A stretch of 64,000 bases of DNA, taken from positions 1 through 64,000 of the forward strand of contig NW_026576614.1 of NCBI RefSeq assembly GCF_028641065.1, in the 5' to 3' direction. This document shows, one piece after another, positions 1 to 10,985 of this stretch. The first letter of the stretch is position 1; each line of letters begins with the position of its first letter. The stretch comes from Leucoraja erinacea (Eukaryota). Made by a program: the position numbers and the translations under genes. The notes below the pieces were generated by a model that was not told where the DNA came from, ran no database searches, and saw only the letters and a program-made list of their open reading frames with translations.

Positions 1-965
1 AGTGTGTCTAATTAATGAAACGATCAATAAATGCTCATGTATTAATGAAATAAAGCCCTGTCTTTAATAGGACCATTCACAACCTGGTGGTAGACAAAAA
101 TGCTGGATAAACTCAGTGGGTGAGGCAGCATCTATGGAGGAAGGATATAGGCAACGTTTCGGGTCGAGTCCCTTCTTCAGACTGATGTGAGGGTGGGGGA
201 GCGGGAAGACGAAATGAAGAGGCGGAGACAGTGGGCTGAGGGAGAGCTGAGAAGGGGAGGATAAAGCAGGGACTATCTGAAATTGGAGAAGTCAATGGTC
301 ATAGCGCTGGGGTGTAAACTGCCCAAGCGAAATATGAGGTGCTGCTCCACCAATTTACGGTGGCCCTCACTCTGGCCATGGAGGAGGCCCAGGACTGAAA
401 GGTCAGATACTGAATGGGAGGGGGAGTTGAAGTGCTGAGCCACCGGGAGATCAGGTTGGTTATTGCGAACCAAGCGGAGGTGTTGGACCAAACGATCGCC
501 AAGCCTACGCTTGGTCTCACCGATGTCGAGCAGCTGACACCTAAAGCAGCGGATGCAATAGATGAGGTTGGAGGAGATGCTGGTGAACCTCTGCCGCTCC
601 AAGAAAGACTGTCTGTGTCATTGAATGGAGTCGAGGGGGGAGGTAAAGCGACAAGTGTAGCATTTCCTGCAGTTGCAAGGGAGAGTGCCAGGAGAGGGGG
701 TGGTTTGGGTGGGAAGGGACAAATTAACCAGGGAGTTATGGAGGGTGCGGTCTCTGCGGAAAGCAGACAGGGGAGGAGATGGGAAGATGTGGCCAGTGGT
801 GGGATCCCGTTGGAGGTGGTGAAAAAGTTGGAGAATTATTTGTTGTATGTGATGAGGACAAGGGGTACTCTGCCCTTGTTACGAGTTGGGGGTTGGGGAA
901 TGAGAGCAGAGTTGCGGGGTATAGAGGAGACCCTGGTGAGAGCCTCAGCTATAGTAGAAGAGGGG

Positions 966-2366
966 TGCAGGCCCAATTGCGTCCCCCTCGCTCAAGATAT
1001 GGAGTCAACTCAGGAAAAACTTCGGTTTACAAGGCCCTTCCATCTTGACCCCACTGCTTAAAAACCACATCTTTAAACCTTCAAGTACAGACCACGCATT
1101 CAAAACCTGGCATAGCAACGGTATCAGTTGTATCAAAAACCTATACAAGGATGGCATCTTTTCGTCTTTTGCGGAGCTTTCGTCCAACTATAGCCTCCCA
1201 AACTCCCACCTTTTTCGTTTTTTCCAGATTAGGAATTTTCTGAAGAAGACATTCCCCCATTTCCCAAATCGCCCCCCTGAGACCCTGACCAATACCATCT
1301 TAGCTCTAGATCCCAAACGGAAGAAATGCATCTCTGTTTTGTATAACTTGTTAGGGTCGGTTATATTGAAACCTCATACCTCATTAAAAGCTGCGTGGGA
1401 GGGTGAGCTGAATATGAAATAACAGACCAGCAATGGGACTCTGCCTTGGATTTGATCCATTCTTCCTCCACATGTGCCCGTCGTGGCCTAATCCAATGCA
1501 AAGTCCTTCACAAAGTCCACTACACAAATGCAAGATTATCTAGAATTTACCCCGCAGTTAGGGACACCTGCAACAGATGTAATCAATCTCCTGCAACCAT
1601 AGCCATATGTTTTGGTCTTGCCCTAAGCTAGCAGCCTTTTGGAGGAGTGCTTTCGACTTGATAAGCAGAACCTACGGCCAGACTATTCCTCCAAACCCAC
1701 TGTCAGCCATTTTCGGTACCCCTCCCAACACCAACCTCTATGTTGCGGTGAAACGGGTCCTAGCTTTTACAACCTTGTTAGCCCGGAGACTGATCTTGCT
1801 TAACTGGAGGCTTACCTGTCCCCCGACACACGCCCGCTGGATTAAGGAGGTGCTTTACAATTTAAAGCTTGAAAAACTTAGGTTCCCTCTCAAAGGCTCT
1901 ACCAAGATATTCCTAGATACATGGAACCCTTTCTTGGAACTTGTTAACACTCTCAACTTGTCCCTGGACTCGGAAGAGGACTGAGTGCTCTCCACCATAG
2001 TTCTGCTCTACTGCAGCTGCTTTCCCCTTAACCCCCCCCCCCCTCCCCACACGTATTTATTTAATTATTTACTTATTTACTGTTATTAGTGACCCCTTTT
2101 TTAAAATTTTTATTTTTATTTTTTTAAATTTTTTTTTCAGTACTTTTTGTTTCGTTTATCTTACCATATTTGTGTGGATGTGTATGTATGTGAGTGTTGT
2201 TTGTCCCCGTTTGGTTCCGACCTGATTCGGGTGGGTTGAAGGTGGGTAAGTGTAAGGGCTTTGAGGCTCACTTACATACTGTTGCACAATTATGCCTTGA
2301 CTGTCACTGTCTGTTATCATTGTATGTATGCAAATTGCTGTGAAATTCAAATAAAAAGATTTAAAT
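966..2366 (+). mobile_element. L1-clade LINE, 5'-truncated (ORF2 C-terminus and 3'UTR)
   Basis: Frameshifted ORFs 1045-1984 with HLFRFFQIR and Cys-rich CNRC...HMFWSCPKL; AATAAA near 2350; absent from the paralogous site near 19395. Confidence 0.85.
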
Positions 2367-2740
2367 CGAAGAAGGGAACCCTGATGAATGAAGACATCTC
2401 TGATGCCCTGGAATGGAACACCTCATCCTGCGTGCAGATCCGGCGTAGACGGAGGAATTGGGAGTAGGGGATGGAGTCCTTACAGGAAGCAGGGTGGGAA
2501 GAAGTGTAGTCCAGATAGCCATGGGAGTCAGTGGGTTTATAGCAGATGTCGGCCAGTAAGTAGATGTACTGACCGACACCCACTGACTCCCATGGCTATC
2601 TCGACTATACTCCAATTTCAGGTAGTCCCTGCTTTCTCCTCCCCTTCTCATCTCTCCCTCAGCATGTCTTCGCCTCTTCCTTTCCGCTTCCCGCCCACCC
2701 CCCACCCTCACACCGGTCTGAAGAAGGGTCTCGACCCAAA

Positions 2741-3489
2741 ACCATATAACCATATCACAATTACAGCACGGAAACAGGCCATCTCGGCCCTACAAGTCCG
2801 TGCCGAACAACTTTTTTCCCCTTAGTCCCACCTGCCTGCACTCATACCATAACCCTCCATTCTGTTCTCATCCATATGCCTATCCAATTTATTTTTAAAT
2901 GATACCAATGAACCTGCCTCCACCACTTCCACTGGAAGCTCATTCCACACCGCTACCACTCTCTGAGTAAAGAAGTTCCCCCTCATATTACCCCTAAACT
3001 TCTGTCCCTTAATTCTGAAGTCATGTCCTCTGAAGTGTTTGAATCTTCCCTATTCTCAAAGGGAAAAGCTTGTCCACATCAACTCTGTCTATCCCTCTCA
3101 TCATTTTAAAGACCTCTATCAAGTCCCCCCTTACCCTTCTGCGCTCCAGAGAATAAAGACCTAACTTATTCAACCTATCTCTGTAACTTAGTTGTTGAAA
3201 CCCAGGCAACATTCTAGTAAATCTCCTCTGTGCTCTCTCTATTTTGTTGACATCCTTCCTATAATTGGGCGACCAAAATTGTACACCATACTCCAGATTT
3301 GGTCTCACCAATGCCTTGTACAATTTTAACATTACATCCCTGCTTCTATACTCAATGCTCTGATTTATAAAGGCTAGCATACCAAAAGCTTTCTTTACCA
3401 CCCTATCTATATGAGATTCCACCTTCAAGGAACTATGCACGGTTATACCCAGATCCCTCTGTTCAACTGTATTCTTCAATTCCCTACCA
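2741..3489 (-). mobile_element. CR1 LINE 3' fragment, (ATATGGTT)n tail family
   Basis: ORF 3021-3527 RDLG..LYKALVRPNLEYGVQFWSP; empty site GACCCGAAACGTTG at ~22420 in unit 2. Confidence 0.9.
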
Positions 3490-4582
3490 CGTTGCCTATT
3501 TCCTTCACTCCATAGATGTTGCTTCACCCGCTGAGTTTCTCCAGCATTTTTGTCTACCTTCGATGTTTCAGCATTTGCTGTTCATTCTTAAACATTGACA
3601 ACCCGGTGGTCAGCTTTTATGTACTTTAGTGTTCGCCCACTCTGTCCTCAGTAGCGAATGCTTCCCGAGAGATAGCGTCACATTATTACTGATATCTGAG
3701 AACTTCGTGCATTTATAGCGGCAACTGCAAACAATCAACTGCAGATGCTAGTTGACCAAGGATAGACATTGGTAATGGGTCGGATAGCATCCATGGAGAA
3801 CATGGATAGGTGACGTTTAGGTTCGGAGCTAAATCTGAAGAAGGGTCTCTAACCGAGTTTTCACCTACCCACGTGCTCCAGGGATGCTGCCTGAGCAGCG
3901 ATGTTACTCCGGCATTGCACGTCTTTCCTTACAATTATAGATCACGGCTGGGAGTTAATTGGCGAAATCAGTACGAGGTTGAGAGGTGAACCATGATCAC
4001 GTTGAATGGTCCAAGGATCGACTTCGGCTTATTTTTTGTCACGTAATTATGTTTCCCTCCCTCCGACATGTTGAATATTGCAGCGTCGGCAGCTTCAGAA
4101 TCCAACAACGTGCCCGGAATGCATCGGATTACAAACGGAACGGACAAAATTTGACGGATGGATCAGAGCGGATGAGTCCAGCTCCGTGTTTCAAGTGTGT
4201 GTGTGTGTGTGTGTTCGCGTGTGTGTCCCAGCCCCTCCCACAAATTTGACCAAAGAGCGGCGAGATTGTGCAACTAGCATCCAGAGGGGCTATAGGTGGG
4301 AAATGGGGAGTAGGATAAACACGTGAGGTTGCGATGGAGGTAGGAGAGACGGGACGCAGAATAGAGGGAGCGGCAGACGGCGGCAGGTGGGAGAGGGGGG
4401 AAGAGGTCGGTGCAGACACAGAGTGGGATTGATCAAGAGGAGCGGAATCAGCCGTTTGAGCGGAACTGGCTGTAGTTGTGTAAGGCGGCTCCTGATCGCC
4501 ACGTCTTTGCCCCAAACCCCTCAATGTACTGCGAGGATCCGAGTGAAAACAGACCAATGGAATCACACTGCAGTTTTTCCTC

Positions 4583-4588
4583 TTTATT
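4583..4588 (-). terminator. Probable polyadenylation signal AATAAA of IgL copy 1
   Basis: AATAAA ~275 nt after the C-exon stop; conserved in copy 2 at 25800-25805. Confidence 0.65.
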
Positions 4589-4862
4589 GAGAGCTGAGTT
4601 ACACCAGATCCAATCACAACACGGTTACTGTCTACAGGGGAATCTGCCCCCATTCTACAGACAGAGGCAGTAAGACACATAGAACTGGAGACAAATCTAC
4701 AACGAAATTCGCACAGATCTCTGAGATAATTACATATTCGTGTTGTTCCCAGAAGCGGACATTGCTATAGGTTACATTGCACAATGTGGCGGCAGACCAC
4801 AGTGAAGCTCTCTCTGTGTTAAACATAGCAGAGAATTGGCAGCCGATGCCAATGGCACGAAC

Positions 4863-5191
4863 TCAGTTCGCGCAAGCGGATGAGGAGACGGTGTGGCGGA
4901 GAGGCGAGCCCAGAGAGCTGTGGGCTACGCTGCAGGAATAGCTCGTGCCCTTGCCCCATGCGGCGGCGGGGACCCGCAGGTAACTGCTCAGCCTGTACGT
5001 CTGCTCGGCGTCCGGGGACACGGCGCCCGTCGTCACCCCGCTCTCCGTCTCCACGCCGTCCACGGCCCAGCGCAGCGCCACGAGGCCCGGCTTAAAGCCG
5101 CTCACCAGACAGCTGAGTGTGGCCGAGCCCGTGCCAGTTTCCTCCGGAGACGGAGGGAGCAGGAGAAGCGAGGGCTTCCGAGACTCGCTAC
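4863..5191 (-). CDS. IGL: Ig light chain copy 1, exon 3: constant domain (SSESRKPSLLLLPPS...TVSSSACAN*)
   Basis: Acceptor CCCACACAG|GT keeps phase 1; C1-set motifs ATLSCLV, LRW, YRLSSYL, YSCSVAH; C-terminal Cys present; the three exons total 741 nt = 246 aa + stop. Confidence 0.95.
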
Positions 5192-5317
5192 CTGTGTGGG
5201 GGAGAGAGGCGGAAGAGAAGAGAGGCATTGTTAGTTGATGGAGACCGCCGGCAGCGCCACACACTGACCCCAGCTCTGGAATTCGCTTGAATGTGAATTT
5301 GCGAATGTAGCTATTTT

Positions 5318-5592
5318 AGGAGATACAGCATGGAAACTGGCCCTTCGGCCCACCGAGTCCACACTGGCCATTTATCACCCGTTCACACTAGTTCTATGAT
5401 ATCCCGCTTCTCAACCACTCCCCGTACACTAGGGGCTATTCACCGCCGGGCAATTAACCTACAAACCCGCACGTCTTTGGGATGTGGGGGAAAACCGGAG
5501 CAGCCGGAGGAATCCCAGGGAGAACTTGCAACCTCCACACAGACAGCACCCGAGGTCAGGCTCGAATCGGGGAATCTGGCGCAGTGAGGCAA
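5318..5592 (-). mobile_element. tRNA-derived SINE (HE1 / V-SINE type) in the J-C intron
   Basis: Reverse complement of the SINE body at 17010; paralog at ~27180-27445. Confidence 0.75.
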
Positions 5593-6172
5593 CGTATCTA
5601 CCGTTGAGCCAATGTGCAGCAACCACTTTAAGGAGTTATGGCGGGAAGTACCGGTACCGGAGAGGCCTCCGGATATCCAACACTCCCTGTCAGGTGATGC
5701 AAGGGGAGCGGGGGGACGCAGCGCGGCTCCGCAAGCCATTGAGAGGTGGAGAGACGATGAAACGACCGGTTCATCCCGGATTCACCCCGAGCCCGCACCA
5801 ACACGTCCTTTCCCGCTACACTCTCTAGCCGACTCGCCCAACCCGCTGCCCGGTATTTTCCTCAATGTCTTTCATCAGAATGCCTGCAAATTGTCTTCCT
5901 TGTTTCCCCAACATTAACGCGTTTGATTGTCGCAAACTGCGGCTTGTGTAACGATGCAGGAATCCCCGCTGGCGGGAATACTCTCCCGACCGCTGACGTA
6001 CGGAGCGGACCCGATTGGGCAGAATGGCCTCCCGCGCCCAGTAGAGACAGAGCAAGTTTTTACGGCGCGCAGATACAAGTCCAGCGTTCCCGGACTGGGG
6101 ATGCACCGAGCGCCGGGGAATGAGAACGACTGCAAAGGGGATTCATGGGAACAGAACGAGGGAGTCACTTAC

Positions 6173-6532
6173 TATTTATTTCCAGGATAGTCCCAGGGCT
6201 GAAGATGAATCCCACATTATTTTCCCACACTGCACAGTAGTAGACGGCGGCGTCTCCGGGCTCCACGGTGCCGATGGTCAGGATGTAGCTGTTGGCGGAA
6301 GTATCTCTGGACGGTTGGAACCGGTCTGTGATCCCACTGCCACGGTATATATCATTATCCGTTTCATACGTTACCAACCACTTTGGACTCTCCCCGGGAC
6401 GCTGTCGATACCAATATACATGGTAACTTGCAACATTTCCATTCTGCATCCGACACTCTAAGCGGGCGGTCTGTGCCGCGGAGACGGGTCCGGAAGTTGG
6501 GGTTTGATTCAGGACTGGAATCGCCAGGAGAC
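6173..6532 (-). CDS. IGL: Ig light chain copy 1, exon 2: germline-joined VJ domain, type I / NS5 / sigma-cart class
   Basis: Acceptor TTGTTGAAG|GT, donor A|GTAAGT; 360 nt; V-set hallmarks LEC, WYRQRPG, DAAVYYC run directly into J motif FSPGTILEI with no RSS or spacer; resembles cartilaginous-fish type I L chains as recalled. Confidence 0.95.
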
Positions 6533-6927
6533 CTTCAACAAAACACAATAAAAACATTCATCAAAGCCTCAGAAATAAAAGATATTTATTTAGGAATGAG
6601 ATGGTGAAGAGTTTATTTCGTCCGAGGGAGGCGAATTAATTGCCACAGACGGCGGTTTAGGCCAAGTTAATGGATGTATCTCAGGCAGAGATAGATAGAT
6701 CCGTGTTTCGTTCGGGTGACAGGGGTTATGCGGAGAAAGCAGGAGAATGGGGTTAGGGGAAAGAGATAGATCAGCCGTGATTGAATGGCCGATCACTTAT
6801 GAACGGATGAAACGACTGGGTGATCTGGAGCCCACAGAAGGCTAAAGACGCGTAGAGCACCGATGATGGTGGAGATTTTAACGAGCCTCGTTGCACATAA
6901 TCAGTCGTGAACCAACCCGAGTCTCAC

Positions 6928-6979
6928 CTGTAGGGAGCAGCAGCAGCAGAGGCCACAGTAGGTGCAGCGCTGGGGCCAT
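6928..6979 (-). CDS. IGL: Ig light chain copy 1, exon 1 (leader peptide MAPALHLLWPLLLLLPT-G)
   Basis: ATG at 6979, hydrophobic signal peptide, 52 nt ending in phase-1 donor G|GTGAGA at 6927; identical in copy 2. Confidence 0.93.
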
Positions 6980-7085
6980 TCTTCCGGACAGGCGAGCAGC
7001 CAAGGTTCAGACCCACTCGAGTTGGTCTGCAAAGTCCGGTAGCCGCTCGGGTTCCAGTATCTGGAAACCAGAGCCTCTGGTTGTC

Positions 7086-7180
7086 TTTATTAACCGGAAT
7101 ATAATGAGTGGGAGGGGCTATGTAACCTGTGTGGGTGGAGACTGATTTCCGGCGCTTATAATCTGCTGATGGCAAATTAA
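7086..7180 (-). promoter_or_regulatory. Candidate IgL promoter: TATA-like TTAATAAA, ETS-type CCGGAAAT, octamer-like ATTTGCCAT
   Basis: Motifs at 7086-7093, 7145-7152 and 7169-7177, 110-200 nt upstream of the ATG; conserved in copy 2 (~28870-28965). Confidence 0.45.
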
Positions 7181-7469
7181 ATATCGTCGAATCCTTATTG
7201 AAATTAATTTATTAGCCAAGTATGTAAACATACACGGAATTTGATTTGCCAACAGTCATTCAAAAAAAACACCAAGATACATAACCACATACAAATTACA
7301 CGTAGACTTAAACAGCCACCACAGCGGTGTGTGAGAATCCACAGGGCCACAGCATAAGCGGAGACCCAAAGCCATCAGTTCAATGTCCTTCACCGTGATG
7401 TGACCAGAGTTGTACCGACCGCTGTCACTCTCTCTGCAGTCCCTGTCCGCCCGAACAGTCAGAAAGCCG

Positions 7470-7576
7470 TAGGTACACAAAAACGCTGGCGAAACTCAGC
7501 GGGTGTAGCAGCCTCTTTGGCAGCATCTATGGAGCGAATGAAATGGGCAAAGTTTCGGGCCGAAACCCTTCTTCAG
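7470..7576 (-). mobile_element. Solo Penelope-type terminal repeat with hammerhead core, upstream of the IgL promoter
   Basis: Matches the element end at 90-182; minus strand CTGAAGA-AGGG-TTTCGG-CCC-GAAAC; paralog ~29253-29360. Confidence 0.7.
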
Positions 7577-7870
7577 AAAGCCGTCCCGTCCACACTCGCA
7601 CACTACGGGATGTCCTCAGGGAGGCATGTCCCCGCAAAACACCGAGATCACCGCACTCTCGGCTCTCCCTCCGAGTCCTCACCAGTGCGGGCAGCACGTC
7701 CATCTTGTTTTTTCGGCGACCTCACATTCCCCACTGTGATGGAAGTCAAATAACTTATCCCTAATGTCCTCCTTTTCTCCCAGCTCCACGATGTTAAAGC
7801 CGCTGTGCAGAAGAGATACGTTGAAAAAGTCGCATCTCCGTCGGGGAAAGCCGTATATGACGGGTACAAT

Positions 7871-8694
7871 ACAGTATAATATAGATAAATGTGAGGTTAT
7901 CCACTTAGGCGGCAAAAACAAGGGGGCAGATTATTATCTCAATGGGGTTAGGTTAGGTAAGGGGGAAATACAGAGAGACCTGGGTGTCCATGTACACCGG
8001 TCACTGAAAGTTGGGTTACAGGTACAGCAGGCAGTGAAGAAAGCTAATGGGATGTTGGCCATCATAACAAGAGGATTTCAGTATAGGAGTAAAGAGGTTC
8101 TTCTGCAGTTGTATAGGGCTCTTGTGAGACCACATCTGGAGTATTGTGTACAGTTTTGGTCTCCTAATTTGAGGAAGGCCATCCTTGTGATTGAGGCAAT
8201 GCAGCGTAGGTTCACGAGATTGGTCCCTGGGATGGCGGGACTGTCATATGAGGAAAGATTGAAAATACTAGGCATGTATTCACTGGAGTTTAGAAGGATG
8301 AGGGAGGATCTTATAGAAACATATAAAATTATAAAAGGACCTGACAAGCCAGATGCAGGAACAATGTTCGCAATGTAGGGCGAGTCCAGAACCAGGGGCC
8401 AAAGTCTTAGAACAAAGGGGAGGTCATTTAAGACTGAGGTGAGAAAAAACGTTTTCACCCAGAGTTGTGAATTTATGGAATTCCCTGCCACAGAAGGCAG
8501 TGGAGGGCAATTCACTGGATGGATTTAAGAGAGAGTTAGATAGAGCTCTAGGGGCTAGTGGAATCAAGGGATATGGGGAGACGGCAGGCACGGGTTATTG
8601 ATTGGGGTTGATCAGGCATGATCACAATGAATGGCGGTGCTGGCTCGAAGGGCTGAATGGCCTCCTCCTGCACCTATTTTCTATGTTTCTATGT
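7871..8694 (+). mobile_element. CR1 LINE 3' fragment, (TTTCTATG)n tail
   Basis: ORF 7764-8378 carries the CR1 RT C-terminus; paralog ~29660-30481. Confidence 0.9.
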
Positions 8695-9904
8695 TATAGG
8701 TTCTGATTGTTAATCCTATGTGTGCCCCTTAACTTTATATACGTCTATTAGGAGTCCACGCAACCTCCAGCGTTCCAGAGAATGCAACCACGTAGCTCAA
8801 ATGTCCTACTGTAGTTGACAATCCAGGCATCGTCCTGCTGAATGGTTTATTGGAAGCTAATCCACACAGCCCCAGTACATCACTGCAGGAGTTCCTCGAA
8901 ATAGCGAGCAGAGCCCAACATTTACAGCAGTTTCACCATTCCCATCCACCCACCAGCCCATTCTGGGATCACATGGCAGTTGTATTCATTGTACTTTCCA
9001 TATCGAGTCGTAGAGCAGTGAACCCCTAGCCCTTCGGCCCACCTTGTCAACGCACGTTGGCGAGTCCCAGTGCATGCATTTAGCCCTCATCTTTCTAAAT
9101 CCTTTCAATCCACATAGCTGTTCAAATATATTTCGAAAGTCATTATTGTATCCGATTCTTGCCTTATAATGGAGTGTGGGGCAGGATCGGTGAACAACCA
9201 TTCGCATGTGCCATTAATCGCCTCTTTCCACAAAGAGTCTGTCCACCAAGCTGTGATATCCAATGGTACAGCACTGCAGAATCCTCCGCCATTAACACCC
9301 AGAGGCCATAAATTAAACCCGATCAATTAAATCAAGATGTGTAAATAATATTTCACACTGAGCGGGGTGGGTTTATGGAACGTGCTGCCAGATTAGATAG
9401 TTGAGGCAGAACGAGAGTCGAATTTCAAATTTTGTGACATCCTCCTATAATATTCGTACATGCACATGGATATGAAAGTTTCGGATAGATTTGGGCCCAA
9501 CGCAGGCAGGTGGGACGAGTGGAGAAGGGGCATCATGGTCGGCACAGCTCAGCCGAAGCGCCTGTGCTGTGTGACTCTGCGGCTCCATGACTAATGTTAC
9601 CCGATCCCAGGGACAAAGGCCTAAGGTGATATGGCGAGAGATTTGTTTCGGGTTAGGCCAAAGACGCTCCAGGAATCAGTAGTGTGTTGGGATGCAACCA
9701 CGTGGGTGAGTTGTCAACTCCCCTGTACTCCTGGACAACTTGAGCCCATCCCGACACACGGGTTGGATCTGCGCCACCAACATGAGAATCCATTCCTTAC
9801 GCCACTCGCGCATGGGCATTCAGCGTGAGGTGTTACATCAGAAATAAAGACATGGATATGACAATGCATTACTTTTCCCAGCAATCATCATACTCGTGGG
9901 CACC

Positions 9905-10150
9905 CAGCCGCAGTGGAGCAGCGGGTAGAGCTGCTGCCTCACAGCGCCAGACACCCGGGTTTCTGAACCGGGTGCTGTCTGTGTGGAGCTGTTTCTCCCT
10001 GTGTCCGCGCAAGTTTCCTCCCGGTGTTCCCGTTTCCTCCCACATCCCCCCCAAAATGCTGGTCTTTAGATAATGGAAGGGTAAGATAACATGGAACATG
10101 TGTGTACGAGTGATCTTTGGGCAGCCTGTTTCCGTATTGTTCCTTTAAAA
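9905..10150 (+). mobile_element. tRNA-derived SINE, degenerate
   Basis: tRNA-like head GCAGCGGGTAGAGCTGCTGCCTCACAGCGCCAGA plus shared central core; paralog ~31675-31920. Confidence 0.7.
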
Positions 10151-10529
10151 TAAAAAGCGCACAACGCAAACCATTCCCGCAGCAACCGTTCTCTGATTTT
10201 AGTTACACTACGGGCTTCGGTTTCACACTATTGTGGGCACCTTGTATAACTAATTACTAATTGATTGTATTATTGATTACTGTATATTTTCCCCGCGTTA
10301 ATACGTTAATAGGTGGATCAAGGTGCTAAAAGTGAGAATATCAACGTTCCTTTCCCTCTGCATTTGACCATTAAATACTATTAGGGCACGGGGTTCCTCG
10401 CGCCTCTGCTCGCCCTTGTTCAACGTGAAGGTGGCTGATCATTTACCCGAGTGCTGCCCTCCCGCACGAAACCCATCGCATCAATTCCCTTCACATCCAA
10501 CAATCTATCTAAAATCTCATTCAATCCAG

Positions 10530-10811
10530 AGCTGGCGTAGCAGTTGAGCTGCTGCAGGAAACCCGGGTTCGATACTGACTACGGGTGCTTGTCTGTACGG
10601 AATTAGTCCGTTCTCCCCATGTTCGTATGTTTTCCTCGCGATCTTTTGTTTCTCCCCACACTCCAAAAGCATAGAGATGTGTAGGTTAATTAGCTTGGTA
10701 TAAATGTAAATTGTCCCCAGTGTGTGTAGGATCGTGTAAGTGTGCGGGGATCGCTGGTCGGTGCGGACTCGGTGGGCCGAAGGGATGTGTCTCTAAAGAA
10801 AACTAACTAAA
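10530..10811 (+). mobile_element. tRNA-derived SINE (HE1 type)
   Basis: B-box GGTTCGATAC, central core, ACTAA-type tail; paralog ~32300-32580. Confidence 0.8.
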
Positions 10812-10985
10812 ATATGTATTGTATAAACCGAGCAACTGATTCTCCGGAGTCTAAAACGTCACCCCCCTCTGCGGGTGAGTTTATATTCCAGTCAGCCAGG
10901 GCAGACCACCCGGTCTGAGAGTGTGGTCTCTGGATCTGGAGATAGTTGACAGTGGGATTACACTCTCGCAGCACTAGAGATTATC

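Larger units (their letters stand above)
88..3590 (-). mobile_element. Penelope-like retroelement (3' part) with inverted terminal segment, interrupted by L1 and CR1 insertions
   Basis: GIY-YIG-type endonuclease ORF 273-602 (NLIYCIRC..IGETKRRL..QHFN); RT C-terminus YKPTDSHGYLDYTSSHP at 2361-2560; fold-back at 2503-2611; terminal repeat present in both orientations. Confidence 0.85.

Noticed and set aside
414-1061. 215-aa plus-strand ORF, and similar ORFs such as 11493-12263 and 20231-20752
   Set aside because: Antisense shadows of Penelope and CR1 coding sequence
2328-2335. Octamer ATGCAAAT about 2.5 kb downstream of the C exon
   Set aside because: Lies within a copy-specific L1 3'UTR; no other support for an enhancer
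6233-6239. Cryptic heptamer TACTGTG at the end of framework 3 (possible V-replacement signal)
   Set aside because: Explained by the Tyr-Cys codons; no nonamer at 12 or 23 nt spacing was recognised and no unjoined V donor lies in the window
6165-6557. ORF-track starts MFLLCFVEG (VJ) and MCGAAGG / MLYRC (C)
   Set aside because: These N-termini are intronic; the real exons are defined by the splice sites given above
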